A program made the translations under genes and the position numbers. The notes under the pieces were generated by a model. That model ran no database searches. It was not told the origin of the DNA and worked only from the letters and a program-made list of their open reading frames with translations. Shown in pieces: positions 37,177 through 46,800 of a stretch of 64,000 bases of DNA. This DNA comes from Prevotella sp. UBA6994 (GTDB lineage Bacteria; Bacteroidota; Bacteroidia; Bacteroidales; Bacteroidaceae), in NCBI GenBank assembly GCA_002449845.1, contig DJXW01000019.1, positions 21,174 through 85,173 on the forward strand, given 5' to 3'. Numbering within the stretch: position 1 is the stretch's first letter; each line of letters opens with the position of its first letter.

Positions 37177-39726
37177 TCAATACCCCAACAACGAGCCGAT
37201 TTGGAAGACCGCTGCTGAAACTACCCAAGCAAGGAGGGTGGTATAGACGGCTGTGAAGGTAGCCCATTTCCATGAACCCGTTTCCCCCTTGATGGCTGCA
37301 ATGGTGGCAATGCAAGGGAAGTAGAGCAATACGAAGAGAAGGAAACAGAAGGCGGAGAGGGGAGTGATGCCATCTGCCATCATCTTCTTTCTGAGACTGG
37401 TGTATTTCGTATTGTCGTCACTGTATGAGTCGTCATCAGAAAAACTGTCATCGTCAGTATAGAGAACACCCAAGGTGGAAGCCACGATCTCCTTGGCACC
37501 GATACCAGAGATGAGACCCACGTCTAACTTCCAGTCGAATCCCTGCGGGCGGAACATGGGTTCTATTGCTTTTCCCAACTGTCCGATATAACTCTGTTCC
37601 TGTTGCTCCTGCGTGGATAGCTGGTCGTTGTGCGGGAAGTAACCCAATGCCCATACGATGATACTTGCCACAAGGATGATGCCTCCCATCTTCTTGAGGT
37701 ATTGCTTGCCTTTCTCCCACGTGTGGCGAAGCGTGGCTTTCCATGTGGGCAGACGATAGGGAGGAAGCTCCATGACAAAAGGCGTGTCTTCGCCCTTGAT
37801 GACAAACCGCGTGAAGATTCTGCTGACAATGACTGCCATGACGATACCGATAATATACAAGAGGAACATCACGTCTTGACGGTATTGCTTGGCGAAGAAT
37901 GTGCCGATAATCATGATGTAGATGGGCAGACGGGCGGAGCATGACATCATGGGCATGATGAGCATGGTAACGAGACGGGAGCGCCTGCTCTCGATGGTAC
38001 GTGTAGCCATGATGGCTGGCACGTTGCAGCCATATCCCATGATAAGGGGGATGAACGACTTGCCGTGCAGTCCCATCTTGTGCATGAGCTTATCCATGAT
38101 GAACGCCGCACGTGCCATGTAGCCGGAGTCTTCCATGAAGGAGATAAAGGCGTAAAGTATCAAAATCTGGGGCAGGAAGACAATCACAGCTCCCACACCA
38201 CCTATCACGCCGTTGACAAGCATCGCCTTGAGAGGTCCCTCTGGCATGGAGGCGCTCAGGAAGTTGCCTAACCACTCTACCCCTGCCTCTATCCAGTCCA
38301 TGGGATATTGACCGAGTGAGAATGTTACCTTAAACATCAGCCATATCAATGCCAAGAAGATGGGAAACCCTATGTAGCGGTTGGTGATAATCTTGTCCAA
38401 GATGTGAGTGGTCTTGTATGTGCCTTGGTTGTCTCCCTCTTCATATCCAGCCTCTTTCAATGCTCCACGGATGAAAGCGTACTTGGCATCCATGATGGCA
38501 GTCTCACTGTCGTCCTTGGTCTCCTTCATGATTTTCTTGGCAGCCTCATCGCGTACTGTAATGATTTGCTTGCCATTGGGGAGCGACTGCACCAATTGCT
38601 CCGTTTCCTTATCCATTTCAAGAAGTTTGATAGACAGGTAACGGGTGGAGTACTTATGTCTGATTTGTTCGTCGTTTTGCAATTCTTTCTTGATGCTCTC
38701 AATGCCCTCTTCCACGTACTTGCCGTGGTTGAGGTGGATGTGTCTGAACACGCTCTTGTTGGGACGGTTGCTGTGGGCGAAGTCTTCGCCATGATTGCCG
38801 CCGTGGTGGTTTTCATAGTTCTTGTGCCATTCCTGCAGGTCTTTTGCCACGTCGGGGTTGATGAATCCTTTGTCGTCGAGGAAGTCAACACCCTCGTAGA
38901 TGTTGATGATGATATGGAACAGCAAGTCCACGCCCCTTCCAGTCTTGAAAACGGTGGGTACCATGGGAACGCCGAAGAGCAATCCCAACGTGCCGATGTC
39001 GAACTTGTCGCCACGGTTCTCCACTTCGTCAAACATGTTGAGGGCACATACCACACGCAGGTTCATGTCAACCAGTTGGGTGGTGAGATAGAGGTTGCGT
39101 TCGAGGTTGCTGGCATCAATGACGTTGATGACAATATCAGGTGTTTTCTCAATGATTTGCTTGCGCACGTATAGCTCTTCGGGGGAATAGGCTGAGAGAG
39201 AATACGTACCAGGAAGGTCAACGAGATTGAAGCGGTAACCTTCAAATTCAGCAAAGCCCTCCTTGGCATCAACGGTAACGCCAGAGTAGTTGCCTACCCG
39301 TTCGTGCGCACCCGATGCGAAATTGAAGAGGGAGGTCTTTCCGCAATTGGGATTGCCGACAAGCGCCACGTTGATGATTCGGCGCTTGCGCATGGCAACG
39401 TCGTGCAACTGCTTTTCAGTGAGTGGTTGGTCATCGTTGTCGTCGGCGATGGTCAGGTCTTCGCTTTGCCTCTTTTCTTCAAGGCTCAACTTGCGTGCCT
39501 CTTCCTCTGAGATGATTTCAATCATCCCTGCCTCAGCCCTTCGGAGGCTCACCTCGTACCCCATGATTTTATATTTCACAGGGTCTTGGAGTGGAGCGTT
39601 GAGCAATACCTCCACCACCTTACCCTTGATGAAGCCCATTTCAACGATTCGTTTGCGGAATCCTCCATGTCCGAGCACCTTTACGATAACACCGCGCTCG
39701 CCTGTGTGTAAGTCTGAAAGTCTCAT
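37177..39726 (-). CDS. feoB: Ferrous iron transporter, FeoA-FeoB fusion
   Basis: N-terminal FeoA/SH3-like LSDLHTGERGVIVKVLG...GFIKGKVVEVL, G domain VALVGNPNCGKTSLFN and DLPGTYSL, and a polytopic membrane domain. Confidence 0.95.
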   Translation of the reverse strand: MRLSDLHTGERGVIVKVLGHGGFRKRIVEMGFIKGKVVEVLLNAPLQDPVKYKIMGYEVSLRRAEAGMIEIISEEEARKLSLEEKRQSEDLTIADDNDDQPLTEKQLHDVAMRKRRIINVALVGNPNCGKTSLFNFASGAHERVGNYSGVTVDAKEGFAEFEGYRFNLVDLPGTYSLSAYSPEELYVRKQIIEKTPDIVINVIDASNLERNLYLTTQLVDMNLRVVCALNMFDEVENRGDKFDIGTLGLLFGVPMVPTVFKTGRGVDLLFHIIINIYEGVDFLDDKGFINPDVAKDLQEWHKNYENHHGGNHGEDFAHSNRPNKSVFRHIHLNHGKYVEEGIESIKKELQNDEQIRHKYSTRYLSIKLLEMDKETEQLVQSLPNGKQIITVRDEAAKKIMKETKDDSETAIMDAKYAFIRGALKEAGYEEGDNQGTYKTTHILDKIITNRYIGFPIFLALIWLMFKVTFSLGQYPMDWIEAGVEWLGNFLSASMPEGPLKAMLVNGVIGGVGAVIVFLPQILILYAFISFMEDSGYMARAAFIMDKLMHKMGLHGKSFIPLIMGYGCNVPAIMATRTIESRRSRLVTMLIMPMMSCSARLPIYIMIIGTFFAKQYRQDVMFLLYIIGIVMAVIVSRIFTRFVIKGEDTPFVMELPPYRLPTWKATLRHTWEKGKQYLKKMGGIILVASIIVWALGYFPHNDQLSTQEQQEQSYIGQLGKAIEPMFRPQGFDWKLDVGLISGIGAKEIVASTLGVLYTDDDSFSDDDSYSDDNTKYTSLRKKMMADGITPLSAFCFLLFVLLYFPCIATIAAIKGETGSWKWATFTAVYTTLLAWVVSAAVFQIGSLLGY

Positions 39727-39812
39727 ATTACGTTCTTTTCTGCGAAATTACACATTTTTCCCCGTATTCGGGCTGCAAAAGGTGTTATATTTCACAAAAT
39801 ACCTAAAAATGG

Positions 39813-39946
39813 GGATGTTTTAGTGTTGAATGTTTAGTGTTGAGTGTTTAGTGTTGAATGTTGAGTGTTTAGTGTTGAATGTTTAGTGTTTAGTGTTGAG
39901 TGTTTAGTGTTGAGTGTTGAATGTTGAATGTTTAGTGTTGAGCGTT
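39813..39946. repeat. Heptanucleotide tandem array (KARTGTT, about 19 units) between feoAB and uvrA
   Basis: ggatgtt tagtgtt gaatgtt tagtgtt gagtgtt ... tagtgtt gagcgtt. The last two units encode the final uvrA residues (NAQH) and the stop codon. Confidence 0.95.
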
Positions 39947-42772
39947 TAGTTCTTCCTTCAAGAAACGAGGGGTGTAACCCTTATCAGATAGAGCTACCTC
40001 TTCTGGTGTGCCCTTGGAAAGAAGTGTACCACCGTTTCGTCCTCCCTCTGGTCCCATGTCGATGATGTAATCAGCCAGTTTGATGACATCTAAATTGTGC
40101 TCGATGATGACCACGGTGTTGCCCTTGTCAACCAGTCGCTGGAGTACAGCCATCAGGTTCTTGATGTCATCAAAGTGCAGTCCTGTGGTAGGTTCGTCAA
40201 GGATATAGAGCGTCTTGCCTGTGTCCTTCTTCGACAGTTCGGTGGCGAGCTTGACACGTTGGCTTTCGCCACCGCTCAGCGTGGTAGAGGGTTGTCCCAG
40301 TTTGATGTATCCCAATCCTACGTCTTGAATCGTCTTGATCTTATGCAAGATGTGAGGCACGTTCTCGAAAAACTCCACGGCTTGGTTGATGGTCATGTCA
40401 AGTACATCTGCAATCGACTTACCCTTAAACCTTACCTCCAAGGTCTCACGGTTGTAACGCTTGCCGTGACACACTTCGCATGGCACCATTACATCGGGAA
40501 GGAAATTCATCTCGATGGTCTTGTAGCCGTTGCCGCTACAACTCTCACACCTGCCTCCCTTTACGTTGAACGAGAATCGTCCAGGCTTGTAACCTCTAAT
40601 CTTGGCTTCGGGCAGGTTGACGAACATCGAGCGAATGTCGCTGAATACACCCGTGTATGTGGCTGGATTGGAACGGGGCGTTCTGCCCAACGGACTCTGG
40701 TCCACGTTGACCACCTTGTCTATATATTCTATGCCTTCGATGCTGTCGTAAGGCATGGGTTTCTTCAACGAACGATAGAACTTCTGTGAGAGAATGGGTT
40801 GTAGCGTTTCGTTCACCAATGTTGACTTACCAGAGCCGGAAACGCCCGTAACTACAATGAGCTTGCCTAACGGAAACTCTACGTCCACGTTTTTCAGGTT
40901 GTTTCCCCTGGCACCATGAATCCAGATAGACTTCCCATTGCCTTTGCGTCGTTCTTGAGGAACCTCTATCTTCTCTTTGCCATTGAGAAACCTTGCGGTC
41001 AGTGTGTTGATGTCGTTGTTCATGATGTCTTCAGGCTTTCCCTGAAACACAACCTCACCACCTTTTCTTCCAGCCCGTGGTCCGATATCAACGAGGTAAT
41101 CGGAATGAAGCATCATGTCTTTATCGTGCTCTACCACGATGACCGTGTTGCCCATGTCACGCAATTGCTTGAGTGAGGAGATGAGACGTTGGTTGTCGCG
41201 TTGGTGCAATCCGATGGATGGTTCGTCTAATATATACAGCACATTGACCAATTGGGAACCGATTTGCGTAGCCAATCGTATGCGTTGGCTCTCACCACCC
41301 GACAAACTGGCAGACTGGCGATTGAGGGTGAGATAGTCTAATCCCACCTCTAACAGGAACTCCACGCGAGAGCGCAATTCCTTGACAATCTCATGGGCAA
41401 TCTTCTGTTGCATGGGTTCCATGTGCTCCTCTACATGCATCAGCCAATCGCGAAGGTCAGTGATGTCGAGGTTGGCAACCTCAGAGATGTTCTTGTCCCA
41501 TATACGATAGGAGAGAGATTCTCTTTTCAACCTCGCCCCATGACATTCGGGACAGGTGCAGACAGCCAAGAATTGATCTGCCCATTTCTGCCCGGCAGAA
41601 GAATCGTCGTTGTCCATCACGTTGCGGAGATACTTGATCACTCCGTCGAAGGCAATGAAATAGTCGCTTGAGGTATGTACCAATTCCTTGTTGATACGCA
41701 CGTTCTCCAAGGAGCCATACAAAATCTCATCCATTGCCTCTTGGGGAATGTCCTTCACGGGAGTATGTAAGTCGCATTCGTACTTTTGGAGGATAGCGTC
41801 TATTTGCCAGAATATCATCTGGTTCTTGTATCTTCCCAAAGGGATGATGGCACCTTTGTGAATGCTTTGCTTGCTGTCAGGGATGACCTTCTCCATGTCT
41901 ATCTCATTGATGACACCCAATCCCTTGCATTTGGGACAAGCCCCTTCGGGAGAGTTGAACGAGAAGATGTTTGGGGCAGGCTCACCGTAGGAAAGACCAG
42001 TGATGGGATCCATGAGGCGTTTGGAGAAGTTGCGCACACTTTCCGTGTCCTTATCCATGATCATGATGATTCCATCACCTTGTTTCATTGCCACTTGAAC
42101 GCTTTTCTTCAGCCGCTCATCGTCCTTGCCTTGTACCTTTAACTTATCGATAACCACTTCGATGTTGTGGTTTTTGTAACGGTCAACCTTCATTCCCCTG
42201 GTAATCTCTACCACCTGTCCGTCAACACGCATATATAAGTAGCCTTTTCTGCGCATACTCTCGAAGAGCTCACGGTAATGTCCTTTGCGTTGCCTCACCA
42301 AAGGAGCGAGAATGAAGATGGGCTTGTCGATATAATGGGTGAGAATCATTTCCAATACCTGTTCCTCAGTGTATTTCACCATTTTCTCACCCGTCATGTA
42401 ACTGTAAGCCGTACCAGCACGTGCGTAGAGCAAGCGCAGATAGTCGTAGATTTCTGTCGTGGTGCCTACGGTGGAGCGTGGGTTTTTGTTGGTAGTCTTC
42501 TGCTCGATGCTGATGACAGGACTCAACCCCGTAATCTTATCCACGTCGGGTCGTTGCAATCCTCCTAAGAAGTTGCGGGCGTATGCAGAGAATGTCTCGA
42601 TGTATCTTCGTTGACCTTCGGCAAAGATGGTGTCGAAAGCCAATGATGACTTACCCGAACCAGATAGTCCGGTGATGACAGTCAGGGAATTGCGCGGAAT
42701 CTCTACGTCGATGTTCTTGAGGTTATGAACGCGTGCTCCCCAAACATTAATCTTCTCGTCTTCTCTTTGCAT
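39932..42772 (-). CDS. uvrA: Excinuclease ABC subunit A
   Basis: Start at the ATG at 42772 ([28 protein letters not shown]). Two ABC modules ([28 protein letters not shown] twice) and zinc modules (CPKCKG, CPECHG, CESCSG..CEVCHG). Confidence 0.95.
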   Translation of the reverse strand: MQREDEKINVWGARVHNLKNIDVEIPRNSLTVITGLSGSGKSSLAFDTIFAEGQRRYIETFSAYARNFLGGLQRPDVDKITGLSPVISIEQKTTNKNPRSTVGTTTEIYDYLRLLYARAGTAYSYMTGEKMVKYTEEQVLEMILTHYIDKPIFILAPLVRQRKGHYRELFESMRRKGYLYMRVDGQVVEITRGMKVDRYKNHNIEVVIDKLKVQGKDDERLKKSVQVAMKQGDGIIMIMDKDTESVRNFSKRLMDPITGLSYGEPAPNIFSFNSPEGACPKCKGLGVINEIDMEKVIPDSKQSIHKGAIIPLGRYKNQMIFWQIDAILQKYECDLHTPVKDIPQEAMDEILYGSLENVRINKELVHTSSDYFIAFDGVIKYLRNVMDNDDSSAGQKWADQFLAVCTCPECHGARLKRESLSYRIWDKNISEVANLDITDLRDWLMHVEEHMEPMQQKIAHEIVKELRSRVEFLLEVGLDYLTLNRQSASLSGGESQRIRLATQIGSQLVNVLYILDEPSIGLHQRDNQRLISSLKQLRDMGNTVIVVEHDKDMMLHSDYLVDIGPRAGRKGGEVVFQGKPEDIMNNDINTLTARFLNGKEKIEVPQERRKGNGKSIWIHGARGNNLKNVDVEFPLGKLIVVTGVSGSGKSTLVNETLQPILSQKFYRSLKKPMPYDSIEGIEYIDKVVNVDQSPLGRTPRSNPATYTGVFSDIRSMFVNLPEAKIRGYKPGRFSFNVKGGRCESCSGNGYKTIEMNFLPDVMVPCEVCHGKRYNRETLEVRFKGKSIADVLDMTINQAVEFFENVPHILHKIKTIQDVGLGYIKLGQPSTTLSGGESQRVKLATELSKKDTGKTLYILDEPTTGLHFDDIKNLMAVLQRLVDKGNTVVIIEHNLDVIKLADYIIDMGPEGGRNGGTLLSKGTPEEVALSDKGYTPRFLKEELNAQH

Positions 42773-42797
42773 GGTGGTTGGTGGTGAGGTCAGTATA

Positions 42798-43529
42798 TTA
42801 TGGAGTGGTAGTGTTGTTGTTTTCCTTCTCAATGAATCCACGCAAGAGGTTCACGTCAGTCTTGATGTTGAATTTTCTACCATCAGCCCCTCTTGCCTTC
42901 ACGAGGCAGAAATAAACACCATCTTTCACGGGCTTACCTTTATACGTGCCATCCCATTCGCCAGAAGGGTCGTGCCACTCATAGAGCTTCTGTCCCCAAC
43001 GATTGAAGATATAAGCATGAAACTCCACGATAGATTTGTACCCCTCCTTGGCGCGGTAGGTGTTGTTGTATTGGTCATTGTTGGGTGAGAATGCGTTAGG
43101 CATTTCCAGTTTGCTCTCGTAAATGGAAATGTTGAAAGGTAGAACTCCTGGGTTTTCAGACCAATATACCTTGTCGTATTTCACGGTATCCGTGCCGTTG
43201 ATGAAAGTAGCATAGAGCGTGATACGGTGAGCGCCAGCCGTAGTGAAGGTGTATTCCGTTTCTTCCTCATACCTGACAAGGTAAGGAGTGTCCTCTTGTC
43301 CTTCTGTATAGAAACGCCATTCGTATGTGGCATTGTAATCGCCCACGTTAGAAGGGTTAGCTGCAAAATGTCCAGTAACGGGCGCAGAGAATGAAGAACC
43401 CTCATCTGTTTTTTCAGCTGTCTCATCATAGGTGGCAGTAGGATTGACAGACGGAACTCCTTGTGCGTGAATGGCAATGCTTGTCAATATGAATACCAAA
43501 AGAGTATAGATATTATTTGCTTTCATCAT
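42798..43529 (-). CDS. Secreted protein with T9SS type B (gliding-motility-associated) C-terminal sorting domain
   Basis: Start at the ATG at 43529 (MMKANNIYTLLVFILTSIAIHAQG). C-terminus PNAFSPNNDQYNNTY...YIFNRWGQKLYEW..GEWDGTYKGKPVKDGVYFCLV. Confidence 0.8.
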   Translation of the reverse strand: MMKANNIYTLLVFILTSIAIHAQGVPSVNPTATYDETAEKTDEGSSFSAPVTGHFAANPSNVGDYNATYEWRFYTEGQEDTPYLVRYEEETEYTFTTAGAHRITLYATFINGTDTVKYDKVYWSENPGVLPFNISIYESKLEMPNAFSPNNDQYNNTYRAKEGYKSIVEFHAYIFNRWGQKLYEWHDPSGEWDGTYKGKPVKDGVYFCLVKARGADGRKFNIKTDVNLLRGFIEKENNNTTTP

Positions 43530-43618
43530 TATAAGTAGAATGGGGTTAGTTGATAAAACAAATCGCAAGATGAAAATACTTTCACTTGCGACTTGATTCT
43601 TTTTTTTACTTTCCTTTG

Positions 43619-43691
43619 TACACCCTTAGGGATTCGAACCCTAGACCCACTGATTAAGAGTCAGTTGCTCTACCAACTGAGCTAAGGGTGC
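43619..43691 (-). tRNA. tRNA-Lys (anticodon CTT)
   Basis: Reverse complement GCACCCTTAGCTCAGTTGGTAGAGCAACTGACTCTTAATCAGTGGGTCTAGGGTTCGAATCCCTAAGGGTGTA folds as a cloverleaf with anticodon loop CT-CTT-AA and T-loop GGTTCGAATCC. A TACCTTTG box lies upstream. Confidence 0.93.
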
Positions 43692-43803
43692 AGCAACCAT
43701 TTTTCTTTAGCGGTTGCAAAGGTATGAATTTATTTTTTCTCCACCAAATTTTTTCGCCAAATTTTTATCCAAGAGTGATGATTTGTTGCATAATTGCCCA
43801 AAA

Positions 43804-46800
43804 TCATTGTTCTAAGATGGAAAATTCAGCACCTGTAGCGAAGTCTTGACCATCTTGTGAACTCAAGGCATTGAATCTGAGATAGCGGGCTTTCACGGGT
43901 TGAGAGAAGAGAATTTTCTTCTCTTTCTTGTCGTTGGCAAACGTTCCTTGGCAAATAGGGTATCCCCATGTCTTACCATCGTTGCTCACTTGAATGCTGT
44001 ATTCCTTGATGTTTCCGTTGCTACTGTCTTGACGTGGAAGATACGCAAATCCTTTCAACATCTTCGTCGTTCCGCAATCAAAGTCCACCCAGTGGGGATA
44101 GTTGGCTACCGTTACGCTCCACATCGTATGCCAGTAGGTGTTGGGGTTTCCGTCCACCAAGTGTTCGGCATTGCCTTCGCCACTCTCTACGCTGGAGGCA
44201 AAAGATACAGTCACAGGGATATGGTCGATGCGTTCAAATTCCTTGCTGTTCACTATCCACTCACAGCCTTGCTCGTATGCCTTCACCGTACCGCCATTGC
44301 GCAGGTTAAACGTTCCTGTGTAACGTTGGGGTTTGGAAGAGCGTTTCTTGTTCTTGGCATTTGTCCCGTCATTGACAAGGAAATAAATGGGCTGATGATT
44401 TTCCTTCGTGGAAGAAATGGCAACGTTGCCTTCTGCGTCTCGCTCAATGATGAGTGGAGCTGGTCCTGCTGGTTGCACCATTGATGGCTTGTTGGTGGCT
44501 GGTCGGATGATGAAGGCAAAGGTGTGAGGCGTTGCCTTGACGCGGTCGTATTCTAACGGAGCACCTTGTCCGCAACTGTTTCCACCCAGACCTGTGATGG
44601 CGATGTCGAGATGAAGCGTGTTGTGATTGCTGATGGGCAGCTCATGCGGATGTTTGGCTTGAGCCAGTTCTTGCGCAGTCCAAGGCAGGATGGAGAACGA
44701 CATCTTGTCTTTGGGCATCAGCAATAAGCCCTTGCCTTGGTCGTTTGTCAACTGGCAGTAACGGGTGTCTTGGTGATTGCCCATGTCTTGTGGCTTGGGG
44801 AAGTTTTCAAACTCTTTCTCCACCTTATTATTATATATACGTATGAACTGACCGCTCTTTCTGTCGGGATAGTTGTCGATAGGACCACGACCGTAGTAGG
44901 TGAGGTTGTTCAACGACTTGGGCAAGCGGATGCTGTAACCCAACCGTGGCAATACCACCGTGGGATTGTTGGACGTGATGGCTGATTGTACCTCAATGGT
45001 TCCATCAGCATAAACGGTATAGATAATGTTGTTTTGGAAACAGAAGTCGTTTCCGTCTGCTTGTGATTGGGTGGTAAAGGCAAGGCTCACCGAACCGTCT
45101 TCGTTTACATGCTTGTTCCATGACAATACTTTCTGTTGCAGACGGTCCAGACCGTGCTGATACCACGATGTCTGTCCCCAGTTGTCGTTGTTGACGGGCG
45201 CACGGAAAGCATCGAGCAGTAATCCATCATGACCGTCAATCATTTCCTCATTGCCATATTGCAAACTGTATATAGTGCCTTTTTTCAAATCGAACGAAAC
45301 ATGGAATTGGTTTCCGTCAGACAAGTTGAGCAGGTCGTTTGTTGGCTCAGACAGTTGCAAGGTTCCTTTCATGGAGAGGGCAGGGCGTTGTTCAGCCTGT
45401 TTTACCATCAATTGTTCGTCTGCCTGTACGAACCCGCTCTTTGCCCAAGGTGTATCGTGTTTCTGCCTAAACTCAATGGTGAGGAAATACTCACGGTGGT
45501 CGAGAGCTTGGGGATTGAGACCATCTATGCTGACCGTCTTATGCTTGCGGGGTGCAATGCTTCCCACTTCAATCTTTCCTTCCTTGACCTTCTCGCCATC
45601 AGCTTCCAATGTGTAGAAACAATCGTAAGAACTCAAGTCGTCGGTATAGTAGTTCTTGTTGAAGATGTCGATGGTCCCAGTCTTCTCGTCGTTCCATTTA
45701 ATGCCAATGTTTTGGTACACTTTCTTCACCTCGTAATATTGTGGCTTAGGTTCCATATCGCCAAAGATGATTCCGTTCATCACAAACTCCCGATCATTCG
45801 GCGTGTCTCCGAAATCACCGCCGTAGGCCAAGTATTTGATGGTTGAATTACGATGGTTGATGGGGGAAGTTGTCGCTAATGGCGAGGATGAAGTTGCGAG
45901 GGAAGATGTACTTCCTTCCTTCGTCCTTTCGTTCTGACTTCCTCCATCGTAATTCCTCCTTCCTCCATAATTATAAAGGCTCTGGTCAATCCAGTCCCAG
46001 ATGGCTCCGCCACAGAAGAAGTTGGTAGATTCGATAGCCTCCCAATAGTCGATGAGGTTTCCTACTGCATTTCCCATGGAGTGAGCGTATTCCGAGATGT
46101 GGAAGGGATATTTGATGTTCATGTTGCCTTTCACAGCCGAACGCACCCAGTTCACGGATGGGTATTGGTTACTGCCCATGTCAACGATGTCGTTGTTGCG
46201 CTCATATTGCACGGGACGACTGGTGTCGAATGCCTTTACCGCAGCGTAGGATGCCTTGAAGTTGTCGCCAGGACCAGCCTCGTTTCCTAAACTCCAGATG
46301 GCAATACAGGGGTCGTTCACACGTGAGTGTGCCAACTCCATCATCCTGGCGATGTGTGCGGGTCTCCATTCTATCGGGTGGGAGAGAGAAGCCTCACCGT
46401 AGTAGTATTCATGACTTTCCAAGTTTGCCTCAGCCTCTAACCAAATACCGTATTTGTTGCAGAGGTAATAGAAATATGGGTCGTAAGAGTAATGCGAGGT
46501 ACGCACGTGGTTGATATTGGCTCGTTTCATCATCATCACTTCCTCGCGCATCTGCTCACGGGTAATGGCGTGACCAGTGGCAGGGTTCGTTTCGTGGCGG
46601 TTTACACCTTTCAACTTCAATGGCTTCCCGTTGATGAGGAAATACCTGCCTGCCAATCCAAACTCGTCTTCAGAAGCAGGCACGTCCTTGATTTCCACTG
46701 TGCGGAAACCTACTTGTGTGGAAACTACTTCCTTCACGCGACCTTTCTTGTCTTTGAGCTTGGCTACGAGCACGTAAAGGTTGGGTTCCTCGCTGGTCCA

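Noticed and set aside
36798-37256. 152-aa plus-strand ORF across repeat element copy A. Also 51528..51815 (+) and 51812..52003 (-) in copy B.
   Set aside because: The homologous DNA in the other copy is interrupted by stops in the corresponding frame, so the element is treated as noncoding.
37395-37450. Acidic low-complexity stretch DDDSFSDDDSYSDD in FeoB, considered as another in-frame repeat insertion.
   Set aside because: I found no sequence similarity to the GH2/PnuT element or to the heptamer families. It could be ordinary loop variation and cannot be decided without ortholog alignment.
38404-39174. 256-aa plus-strand ORF and other ORFs inside feoB, plus 40097..40789 and others inside uvrA.
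   Set aside because: They are antisense to strongly supported genes.
39813-39946. Possible CRISPR array (also considered for the other short tandem arrays).
   Set aside because: The units are 7-9 bp and directly abutting with no spacers. There are no cas genes. These are microsatellite-like tandem repeats.
43563-43610. Hairpin TCGCAAG..CTTGCGA followed by a T run, considered as a terminator.
   Set aside because: On the plus strand there is no upstream plus-strand gene to terminate. On the minus strand it lies between the tRNA and the next gene start without a U tract. Its role is unclear, so it is not called.
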